Part shown: piece by piece, positions 33,581 through 43,662 of the stretch
How positions within the stretch are numbered: the stretch's first letter is position 1
Layout: every line of letters starts with the position of its first letter
NCBI RefSeq assembly: GCF_006345805.1
Contig: NW_021835145.1
Location: forward strand, 1-43,662
DNA: 43,662 bases
Source: Octopus sinensis
Lineage: Eukaryota
Direction: 5' to 3'
The notes under the pieces: model-generated
Databases searched by the model: none
What the model was told of the DNA's origin: nothing
Seen by the model: the letters and a program-made list of their open reading frames with translations, nothing else
Made by a program: the position numbers and the translations under genes

Positions 33581-33829
33581 TAACAATAATGAGGAATACA
33601 AGAATTACGACTGGATTTTATGAACCACTGAAACGACTAGCCAAGCACTTTAGATCAGATAACACATAACATCTAATGTTATTGACTTATTTTATTTTAT
33701 TTTATTGATTATGTAAAACGTTCTTTGAAATTCCTGTTTTGGTAATCAGCAATCTCGTTTTAGCGAATATTAACCGTAATAATTAGAAACCTAGAAGTTA
33801 CAAAAACAGTAACAGCAACAATAATTATT

Positions 33830-34440
33830 ATTCTTTCTAGTTTTGGCAGAGGGCCGGCAATTTTGAGGGGAGAGGGAAATCGATTAACCCCTTACCCGGC
33901 AAAAACGAATATATACGTTTTGACCGAAATCGTTTTTTTTCTATCTCTGGCGAGTTAACTCGTCAAAAGATAGACTCGCCAAATTGACAGCAAACGAGTT
34001 CCTTCGTCTAAAAACGGGTTAACTCGTTTCTGCCCAAAGCGGTAATTTAAAATCAATATTATTGAATTAAAATTCATAATAAATAAGGTTTGAAATATAC
34101 CTCGAAATCACCATTCAAAACATAATAAAATAAAACAATTAAAAAATATGTCTGAAAAAATACATTTATTTTCAAAATAATTGTTGGGTAAGGGGTTAAT
34201 CGACATCATTCCTCAACTGATTCCTATGTTATCTACACAGAAAGGATACAAAGTAAATATGACCTCACCGCCAATAATAACGGTTTCAAAATGTGGCCCT
34301 AACATGACCAGCAAAGTTAGGGGACGGGGTCAGTCGGCTCTAGTGCTCAACCAGTATTTATTTAGCTTATCAAAACCCTAAAGGATGAAAAGCAAAGTCG
34401 ACGTCGGCGAAATTTGAACACAGAACGTAAATGATTGTAA
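33830..34440 (-). mobile_element. SINE family C, decayed and interrupted by a MITE
   Basis: GGCCGGCAATTTTGAGGGG..AATCGA|MITE|TCGAC.. and AAGGATGAAAAGCAAAGTCGACGTCGGCGAAATTTGAACACAGAACG. Confidence 0.55.
33888..34195. mobile_element. piggyBac-type MITE, 308 bp
   Basis: TTAA|CCCCTTACCCGGCA ... TGTTGGGTAAGGGG|TTAA (TIR 12/14 match, TTAA TSD). Confidence 0.88.
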
Positions 34441-34627
34441 GAAATTATTGCAAAGAATTTTGTCCGAAGCTCTACCTATCCTGGAAGATCATTGCCTTAC
34501 AATAATAATCCTTTCCATTATAGGCAAAATGACTGAAATTTTTGGCCGAAATGTGTTACGTGATTATTCAGCTGGTACTTATTTCATCGACCCCAAAAGG
34601 GTAACAGGCAAAGTTGACCTCGGCGTA

Positions 34628-35202
<575 letters not shown>

Positions 35203-35204
35203 CC

Positions 35205-35415
35205 TTACTACTAAAAGCAAAGGGGCTGAAGTTTTCAGGGAGGAGAATTTCCATTACATTGATTTCAATACACAACTGGTTCTTATTTTATCGATCCCGA
35301 AAGGATGGAAGGCAAAGTGGACCTTGGCGGAATTTGAACTCAGAACATAAAGACGAACGAAATACTGCGAAGCATTTTGTCCAGCAAACTAACGGCTCTC
35401 TCAGCTCACCATCTC
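35205..35415 (-). mobile_element. SINE family C
   Basis: CAACTGGTTCTTATTTTATCGATCCCGAAAGGATGGAAGGCAAAGTGGACCTTGGCGGAATTTGAACTCAGAAC. Confidence 0.8.
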
Positions 35416-35420
35416 AATAA

Positions 35421-35528
<108 letters not shown>

Positions 35529-36080
35529 TTTGACGATATATTTTACCGTCCCTCTCTCCTTTTACTGACAGCACACGTATTCTTTCGTCTATAAACAACA
35601 GAAGTTATAACAACTTAGACGAAATGTTTAAAAATATGACAGTTTCTTTACGTTTCTTCTCTACATTCCGAATATAACTAGTCTTAAAACCAATTATGCA
35701 GTGTTTTACATTGCATATGGTGGATATGATTTATGAATTATCTATTTCGAAGTATTCATTCGTTCGTTTAGGTACTTCAGGGAAATTTTTACATTCCCCA
35801 TTAATCACGTTGTTTAATTGTGATTGTTGACGTTAACGAAACACTAAAGGCATTCATATATGATATATGTTTGTAACCTTTATTTATTTAGCGCTATAAA
35901 ATACGCGACAGCGTGTTATTGTGAATTACATAAACATACGGGGTAATCTGGCTCTATACGTTCGTTTTCAATATTTCATTGACCTCAGTTACTAAACGAA
36001 GACTACGTAAAAATACATAAAAATATAGAAAAAAAAATGTGTTAAGTGAAATTGGTTAACACTTTACAAATAAATAGAGT

Positions 36081-36417
36081 AAAGACCCCTTTGGCCATTA
36101 ATGACCATGGGATTGCTCCTAGAGGGTTACCCTGAGAAGCACAATTCCAGTCAGAATTGTTTATAGAATACCAGTAGTCGCCTATGCATACCAGCTACCT
36201 CTCCACGCGCCACCAATGTTATCCAAGAGTAAGGCAAACGCCGATACAGCTTGGCACCAGTGACGTTGCAACTCATTTGTACAGCTAAGCCAACTGGAGC
36301 AACGTGAAATAAAGTGTCTTGCTCAAGAACAAATTACACAACTTGGTTCGAGAATAGAACTCACTACCTCATGATTGTGAGCCTGACGCTCTAACCACTG
36401 AGCCATGCACTTTCACT
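36081..36417 (-). mobile_element. SINE family B (head B, own tail)
   Basis: Minus strand AGTGAAAGTGCATGGCTCAGTGGTTAGAGCG (A box)...GTGAGTTCTATTC (B-box-like), TTCTTGAGCAAGACACTTTATTTCACG core. Confidence 0.8.
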
Positions 36418-36675
36418 ACACATAAAATAAATAACTAATATTTTCACGTAATATATTTCGGCCCCAAACTTATGTTTAGCCGTCTCTTAGTGACTTTCCG
36501 GAAACTGATAGTTGGGAAATTCTTATAATCTACACAAATTTGTTAGAAGAAGAGCAATGCCCGCCTCTTCCAGGCTGGAATAACAACACCTTGCATAGAA
36601 AATAAATATTGGCATCATTAATATTATTATGCGGGTACAGTTCTATATTTAAGAGATGAGGAATTATTTATATTA

Positions 36676-36930
36676 GATATACTTTCCAGCCTTCTTCGGG
36701 TGTCTTGGGGAAATATCGAACCTGGGTTCTCATTCCTAAGGTATTTTTCGATGTTTTTATTATTTATTATTATTATTATTATTATTATTGGTATTATTAT
36801 TATTTTATTGTTTGTTATTGTTATATTATTATTATTATTATTATTATATTATTATATTATTATTATTATTATTATTATTCTTCTTCTTCTTCTTCTTCTT
36901 CTTATTAATTATTATCCACTACGCCATATG
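36676..36930 (-). mobile_element. Inverted, partly deleted copy of the hammerhead-tailed SINE
   Basis: Minus strand: CATATGGCGTAGTGG head stub, (AAG)n(AAT)n, tail ending GACAC-CCGAAGA-A-GGCTG-GAAAGTATATC. Confidence 0.8.
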
Positions 36931-36938
36931 CTCACGGA

Positions 36939-37025
36939 CATATGGCGTAGTGGTTAAGAGTGCTGTCTACTAACCCCGAGATTCCGAGTTCGATTCCAGG
37001 CAGTGACCTGAATAATAATGATAAT

Positions 37026-37067
<42 letters not shown>

Positions 37068-37215
37068 GACAACAACATCGAAAAATACCTTTGGAATGAG
37101 AACCCAGGTTCGATATTTCCCCAAGACACCTGATGAAAGCTGGAGGGTATATCAGCCGAAACGTTGTGTTAACAACAAACAAGATGATTACAAAATCTGC
37201 CAAAATGTAAATAAT
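36939..37215 (+). mobile_element. tRNA-headed SINE: A/B boxes, (AAT)n spacer, hammerhead-containing tail
   Basis: A box TGGCGTAGTGG (36943-36953), B box GTTCGATTCC (36988-36997), (AAT)n 37011-37066, tail 37067-37215. Confidence 0.85.
37125..37170 (+). ncRNA. Minimal type-I hammerhead ribozyme motif with palindromic stem III
   Basis: Helix I GACAC/GTGTT; core CTGATGA (37130-37136); helix II AGCTG/CAGCC; GAAA (37158-37161); ACGT palindrome; cleavage triplet GUU with H17 at 37165. Confidence 0.75.
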
Positions 37216-37817
37216 GCAGGTTCCTGTATTTAATTTAATTACTGAAATAGAATTAAACTTTGTTAAATTTAAAGAGCATTGACCAAGGTGACCATCACTG
37301 GTTCGGAAATATCAGTAAGCTGGAAATATGTTCGAATCGAAATTTCCGGAAAAATCGATCTTGTACCTATACTAGGTTTACACCGTGTTTGCTGTTTCAT
37401 CGTAGCTATCCGTTAGTTAACACTACATAAAACGAAATAGATTGTATAGTTTTATACGAGAACATTTTAAGTGCTCCATAGATATTACTCTAATAGGTAT
37501 TACTCTTAGATGTTGGTAACTATAAAGTATTCAAATGAAACACTATACGATTATATTCAGCTATTTTGTAAATTATTATTTTTTTAGCATTGAGAAAAGA
37601 CAAAATGGTGTTATTTGAGAATTCATTGTTTGCTTTTGTGACGTATCACATTATTTACTTTTGCCTAATTTTGTACCCCAGGTCAAGGACATTTTGAAAA
37701 TAAACTTATTAGGATTCTTATATCTTATAACTGTGGGAATAATTTGCGCGATTATGTACACACAGGTCCATATGCATACACATACACCCACAATTAAAAC
37801 TGAAGCTGATATGTCCG

Positions 37818-37903
37818 CTCGCGACTCAAGTTTCAGGCTACTGCGATCTTCAGGCGAAGATCCTCGTTAAAAGATCGCAGTGGCTTGAATTTCAAGTTGC
37901 GAG
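37818..37903 (+). ncRNA. Isolated 33-bp hairpin with 20-nt loop (pre-miRNA-shaped)
   Basis: 30 of 33 positions pair on the + strand, including 4 G-U; CNNC (CTTC) at 37909-37912. Confidence 0.35.
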
Positions 37904-38865
37904 ACAAACTTCCAGCTTCAATTTTAATTAAAAAAAAGTTTCACTGCATGTATTGAGCATTCTTTCCTCATTCGTCTGACGTTAAGCAATGTACGTACAG
38001 CCATCACACACATACACACACAAACACAGTGCGGGTGTATGTGCGCAAGCATTGTTTGTGTGAATCTGTCCGCATGTTTTTGGCAGAACATGTATAATTT
38101 CATCATCATATAGTTTGTAACCCAAATTAAGCTGTGATTTATATATATATATATATATTATATGTGTATATGTGTGTGTGTGTGCGTGTGTGATATACTT
38201 TCATACATACATACAAACATACATACATTCCAACACATGTATATAAGCAAACATATATCTATAAGTATAGGCACACATACATTCACAAGTAGCTAAATCT
38301 GCACTTACCGAATAAATATATGAATGCATCAATTCGCAATATTTTGTAACTTTACTGCATTAATATCAAATATTAATAACATCTATTGTTCAGATTTTTA
38401 ATAATCCTTATGATTATTAAATAATAATTCTTATAACAAAAACAATTTTTCTGTAGTGTGTATTTAGTCTATTATTTTTAAATCGAAGTTATATAGGGTG
38501 GACCAAAAGTTTCGCTTAAAAGAGGTTTAATACACTCAGGAATTGTTAAAGGCATGCTTCAATTTTATATACAATTGTAATTGTATTTTAAAATATATTC
38601 CTTTTTTTATCAGCACCTGTAAAAGAATCATATAACCCGTGAACTTTACTTTGCAAATCTGAGTCCTATTGTGAGGCTTCCTACTTGGAGCATGCATTCC
38701 CTTTTGATGAGTATGTAGAATCATTAGAGCGTCGGGAAAATGCCGTCTTTTTACGCTGAAGGTTCAGACCTTGACGAGGTCAACTTTGCCTTTATCCTTT
38801 CCAGTACTGGATTTGATGATATCGATCAATCTCCTCCCCTCAAAACTTCTGGCTTTGAGTCTAAA

Positions 38866-40650
38866 ACGACAACCTCCACCTTATGCGATCTATCATAGAA
38901 AGGGTAGGGTGTAAACCTGGTTCAGAATGGGGCTCTGATCAATTTATATCAATCGAAACATTCGATAAAGTCGACCATCGGTACCCGAGGAATGTCCTCA
39001 AGGCAGTTGGTTTCGGCCCCGTCTTCAGAGGTTGGATCGCTGTAATGCACAGTGGCATCTTCTCGGTGTCAAAGTTAATCGCCACCTCTCGGAATCGTTT
39101 CAGATTTCCCAATCGGTCGATCAAGGGTACCCTCTCTCCACCCTTCTGTACGTATTAACTCTTGAGCTTTTATTGCGGAAGCTGGAGCTGCAGCAGGGTA
39201 TCCCGCTCGAACTGTGACACGGAAGGGCTTTGTCGGCTTATGTGGACATCACCGTAATGGTGTCGAACACCTCAGAAATCGAGGTGGTTGGAACATCATT
39301 GGAGGTATATGAAAAGTTGACAGGAGCAAAACTTAATCTGGAAAAGTTGGTGGACTTGCAGCTCAGCACCTGAAAGGTCGGGTGGAGGTGACGAATATGT
39401 ACATCGCATCTGTCATCTACTACCGGCTGACTGTCGTGCCTTGCTTCCGTTCACGCCTCGCCAAGTTGGAACGCCTCCTCTTCAAATTCTTGTGGAGGGA
39501 ACAGGTTCCATCTGCTGCCAACACTCTCTACGTGGAGGGCTGGACATGCTGTGGCTAATGATGAGTAGACATGCGCTGAGGCTGCTGCATCTTCAGATAT
39601 TCTGACTAAACGGTGAACAGGTATGGTCGCTGTTTGTCAAACAGGCCTTTCCCTGCTCGTCTCCTTAACTGATTTGCAGTCCTGGGTCAAGAAGAGACCG
39701 AGACAGGGTAAGTGGCATGTGGAATGTTGCCAGGCACTCACTGCCCTCTACCAGGCGGGAAAATCGGTCGGTAGAAAATCCACTCTTGAGTTCTATAGAG
39801 GGTTAGCGGTGGGAAAGTGCGATGACGCACTCTGAGAGGTGCTGGGCGTCGACGAAGCTGAACTGAGTAGTCTGTTCCGGAGGACTGTCGAGCCTGGGAC
39901 GATGGATAACTTCCAGATAATTTCCCTTGCTTGTCAATGATACCGAGGGGCACTACCGGTTTGAGATAAACTCTACAAGCACGGAAGTGCTGTCAGACGG
40001 ACCAGCTCGAGGTGCGTGCAGAGCAATGAAACTGTTCTGCACGCACTCGTCGAGTGTCCTTGTGGAGTTATGTCGAACAATTGTTGTGGCGAGTAGATAG
40101 ATCCAGCTATTGGCCGACTCCATACTGAAAATTTGGCCAGGAAGAGCAGGCAATTTTCCTCTGTCTGGTAGCAGTAGCGAAAGAGGTTGTATGGTGGACC
40201 AAGTTGAAAAGACTGAAAATAGACTTTTCTCTTCGGCCAGTCTTTCATCAACTATTTAGATTTCACTTGGAAAGGAAGATGAGGGTAGAGAGAGAAGTAA
40301 TGCCCCCACCTCCGTACATTTGCTGAAAGATGGGTGAATATAGCGAAAATGGTCCGTGTGAGTGAACCTATTCTAATACTGCGCCTGTAGGATGGTGAAT
40401 TTGAGAAGGAGAGGTGAACTCTCCCTGAGTACTCTCGAAGCGCCGGGTGGTTCAGGATTGGTGGGGTATCTGAGCCAACCCTGGGTGGCCATCCCACCTA
40501 TTGGGGAAATCTCATTATTATATTTTTCTTGCTTAATGTTTATTGTTATTGTTTTCCTAATTGTTTACTTGCTTTGTGTGTAAACCCCCCCCCCCCCACT
40601 GTACCCGTCTACTGTATTGTCCCATATATGTCGGCCTTAGATGCAAATAA
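38866..40650 (+). mobile_element. Decayed, 5'-truncated sister Tx1 element (RT core to 3' end)
   Basis: DNLHLMRSIIERV, FDKVDHRY, GFGPVFRGWIA, VEVTNMYIASVIYYRLTVVP, RWVNIAKMVRVSEPILILRL*; stops, frameshifts and an internal deletion near 39372; ends AATAAATGAAA then (TAA)n. Confidence 0.88.
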
Positions 40651-41554
40651 ATGAAATAATAATAATTATGAGTAACAATAATAGTAGTAGTAGTGGTGGT
40701 AGTATTGGTGGTACACTAATGTATAAATCCTTTAAAACTTGTTAATTTGAAAAGCAAGCCTATCACAACCTCACAAGTTTAGAAACTCATGAAGTATGCA
40801 TATTTCTTTGAATAGCATTTCTCTGCAATTAATGAAAAGTCATTCATATACGACATGAAAAAAACAACAACAATAGAGATAATAAATAACAATAATAATA
40901 TCATCAACAACAACTTACAACAACATACGTACTCACATTATAAAACTATTCTCTATTCTCTTCTCACTCCAGCCACCACCGCCACTTTTCAAGCCGAGTT
41001 CTTTACAACCAAGAAGATGACATCAATGCAAATGTGAACGTCATCTGTCTCACAGCTCAGAAATATCAACAGTAAAACAGCCCCAGGGAACCGTCAGAAT
41101 GGCAACTGATTGGCTTGCAGATGTCTTATCGATGACACTTGTCGACTGATCATTGTGACACCAGTATCGCATGGCAGTCAATTAACATGAGCAACAGTCA
41201 AATTCACGCTGATTGACAGAGTACTTTCAAAACACTTGAGACACAATGCACGGAGTATGAGGCTGTGATGCTAATTATTTCTGGACTGACAATATAAAGT
41301 GTAGTGGGGTGGGGTGGCATATGATAGTAATTATTTTCAGGACTAGCACAACACACTTTCTGCACGGATATATTCAGTTAGACACATTTTGAATATATTC
41401 AAGTATTTGACTCTCCCTTGTCAACCCTCCCCATCTCTTTCTTCCCCTCTGTTTGCCTGTTTCTGCTTCTCTCTGTCTCTGTCTGTCTGTCTATCTGTCT
41501 GTCTCTATCTCCCTCTCACCATATATATATATATATATAATAATATATATATAT

Positions 41555-41759
41555 ATATATATATGGGGGGGGGTGTATGTATATATATATATACATATAT
41601 TGAGTAATGAGTGGATGCTTCAAGTATACAAGCATTAGCAATTCATATTCCTCAGAAAGTTAACTATAGTTACAAATTGAGATAGGGGTACCCCTATCTC
41701 AATTTGTATATACATATATATTATATATATAAATTTATTTATTAATATATCTATATAGA

Positions 41760-41814
<55 letters not shown>

Positions 41815-42009
41815 GGGGGGGGGTGTTATGTATATATATATATACATATATTGAGTAATGAGTGGATGCTTCAAGTATACAAGCATTAGCAATTCATATT
41901 CCTCAGAAAGTTAACTATAGTTACAAATTGAGATAGGGGTACCCCTATCTCAATTTGTATATACATATATATATATATATATAAATTTATTTATTAATAT
42001 ATCTATTAG

Positions 42010-42060
<51 letters not shown>
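41555..42060. repeat. Tandem duplication, period ~251 bp, each unit with a 38-bp perfect palindrome
   Basis: TACAAATTGAGATAGGGGTACCCCTATCTCAATTTGTA at 41671-41708 and 41922-41959. Confidence 0.92.
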
Positions 42061-42064
<4 letters not shown>

Positions 42065-42187
42065 TATTATATATATATATATATATATATAGATATTAAA
42101 TTTATTATTAATATATATATATATAAAGTTATTTATTTATATACATATCTATCTATAATACACACACATATGCGCGCACATATACAT

Positions 42188-42505
42188 AGTGAAGGTGCGT
42201 GGCTTGGTGGCTAGGGCATTCGGTTCACTACCATAAGGTCGTGAGTTCAATTACCGGCTGCCCGTTGTGTCCTTGACCAAGACAATTTATTTCACGTTTC
42301 TTGCTGTCCGCTCATCTGGTAAACACGAGTGGTACCTGTAATTCAAGTGCCAGTATTGTCACATTCGGTGTATCACGCTGACTCTTCCCGAAAACTGCGT
42401 TAAGGGTAACCATGTCTGTGGAGTGCTCAGCCACTTGCCCGTTAATTTCATGAGCAGGATGTTACGTTGATCGGATCAACTGGAACAGTCGTTGTCGTAA
42501 GCGAC
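42188..42505 (+). mobile_element. tRNA-headed SINE (head B, tail 2)
   Basis: Head resembles the 36417 copy; tail GAGTGCTCAGCCACTTG..TTAATTTCATGAGCAGG..GATCGGATCAACTGGAAC..TCGTAAGCGAC matches the 25648 copy. Confidence 0.8.
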
Positions 42506-42534
42506 AGCCGGCCGGCCAGTTTTATATATACTTT

Positions 42535-42905
42535 TTATCTTTTTCTTGTTTTAATCATTAAACAGTGGCAATACTGGGGCACATCCTTGAAGAATTTTTT
42601 AGATGAAGGAATCGACCGAGGGTACATGTATTGAATCCTTATTGAAGTACTTGTTCTATCGGGTACTTTACCGAACCGATAGTTTACGGAGACGTAAAGA
42701 AACCAACACCGGTTGTCAAGCAGTGGGCAGGGGACAAAAAGAGATACAAAGACACACACACGCACGCACAGACACACGCACACAGACAGACAGACACACA
42801 CACACACGCACGCACACACATACGATGGGTTTCTTTAAGGTTACGTCTACGAAATCCATTTTGGTCGGCCCGAAAATATAGTAGAAGACACTTGCCCAAG
42901 GTGCC
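42535..42905 (-). mobile_element. SINE family A with internal (CA) array
   Basis: Tail, CCGGTTGTCAAGC..GGGGACAAA, (CA)n, GGTCGGCCCG..TAGTAGAAGACACTTGCCCAAGGTGCC. Confidence 0.8.
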
Positions 42906-43101
42906 ACTATCTCTAGCAGTCGACCGATCCCCCAGACGAGACCATGAAAGGTCGAATTCACGTGATCTGGTGGTTTCGGCACAATTGATGGTGGTGTTTT
43001 ATCTTCCCGCAAGCGATATAAACACGAGTGCATTTTGCACCACAGTACAGTTTATTCAAAGAGAACATCCACGTTTACTCACACATATGTACTTATTTAT
43101 A

Positions 43102-43134
<33 letters not shown>

Positions 43135-43259
43135 CACACACACACACACACACACATTCTTTATTCTTTTATTTGTATCAGTCATTTGACTGCGGATGTA
43201 CGTATATATATATATATAAATAAGTTATTTTTAATAAAACCCAGGGTGCGTTGCGTTCC

Positions 43260-43294
<35 letters not shown>

Positions 43295-43295
<1 letters not shown>

Positions 43296-43460
43296 GCATT
43301 GAGTCGAACCAGGGACAGCTGATGAAGGGGAATATTCCTTGTATTGTTTGTCTTGTACTCTGTTTTTTCGTTGTTAAAAAAAGTCCGTTTCCTAGTTTGT
43401 TTTTATGTTTTCGTTTCTCGTTGTGTTCTACGTTTAATTGTGGTGTCCTGTACTCATATA
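43295..43460 (+). repeat. Interspersed repeat with degenerate hammerhead-like core, possibly a PLE terminal repeat
   Basis: GACAG-CTGATGA(43319-43325)-A-GGGGAATATTCCTT-GTAT-TGT-T-TGTC; bounded by (TA)n. Confidence 0.4.
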
Positions 43461-43662
43461 TATATATAATATATATATATATAATATATATGCATGTATA
43501 TAATAGTAGATGTAGGTACGTACATATATGTATGTATGTATGCATATATTTTATATATATATAATATATATATATATATTATATATATATATATATGTAT
43601 GTAGTATGAGTGTGCGCTGTATGCATACTCGCACATTCACATGCATCATGAATGTGTACATC

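Noticed and set aside
36939-37010. Possible tRNA gene (also at 13611, 26022, 26617, 42188)
   Set aside because: A and B boxes are present but I cannot build a full cloverleaf with acceptor stem; each continues into SINE body rather than a poly-T terminator.
38614-38710. Strong acceptor and donor flanking a 97-nt segment
   Set aside because: All three frames contain stops; it could be a non-coding exon but cannot be supported from sequence alone.
41660-41672. TAACTATAGTTA recalls the start of the I-CeuI site or a cloning adaptor
   Set aside because: Only TAACTATA matches; the rest of the recognition sequence is absent.

Overview
Repeat-dense, AT-rich eukaryotic genomic DNA. The SINE families, microsatellite load and element mix resemble an octopus (coleoid cephalopod) genome; this is inferred from pattern, not from a database hit. 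No host protein-coding gene can be identified with confidence, and most ORF-track entries are microsatellite translations. The largest feature is a ~6.06 kb apparently full-length Tx1/L1-clade LINE on the minus strand (18271-24329), with ORF1 (zinc knuckle) and ORF2 (APE endonuclease, RT, C-terminal CCHC). It and two 5'-truncated copies all sit in (GATA)n arrays in the same orientation. Also present are a diverged sister Tx1 copy, relics of R4/Dong, CR1-like, HERO/NeSL-like and Penelope retroelements, a hAT transposase 3' end, two mariner-type deletion derivatives, four MITEs and about 20 tRNA-headed SINE pieces built from shuffled heads and tails. Most interesting: (1) a tRNA-headed, (AAT)n-containing SINE whose tail carries a minimal Penelope-type hammerhead ribozyme with a palindromic stem III, plus other hammerhead motifs and relics; (2) apparent (GATA)n target specificity of the Tx1 family; (3) a SINE whose last ~45 nt match the 3' end of that Tx1 LINE; (4) a pre-miRNA-shaped hairpin and a cluster of short canonical introns with a 6-nt candidate micro-exon. 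Boundaries are read by eye and approximate unless a TIR or TSD defines them.
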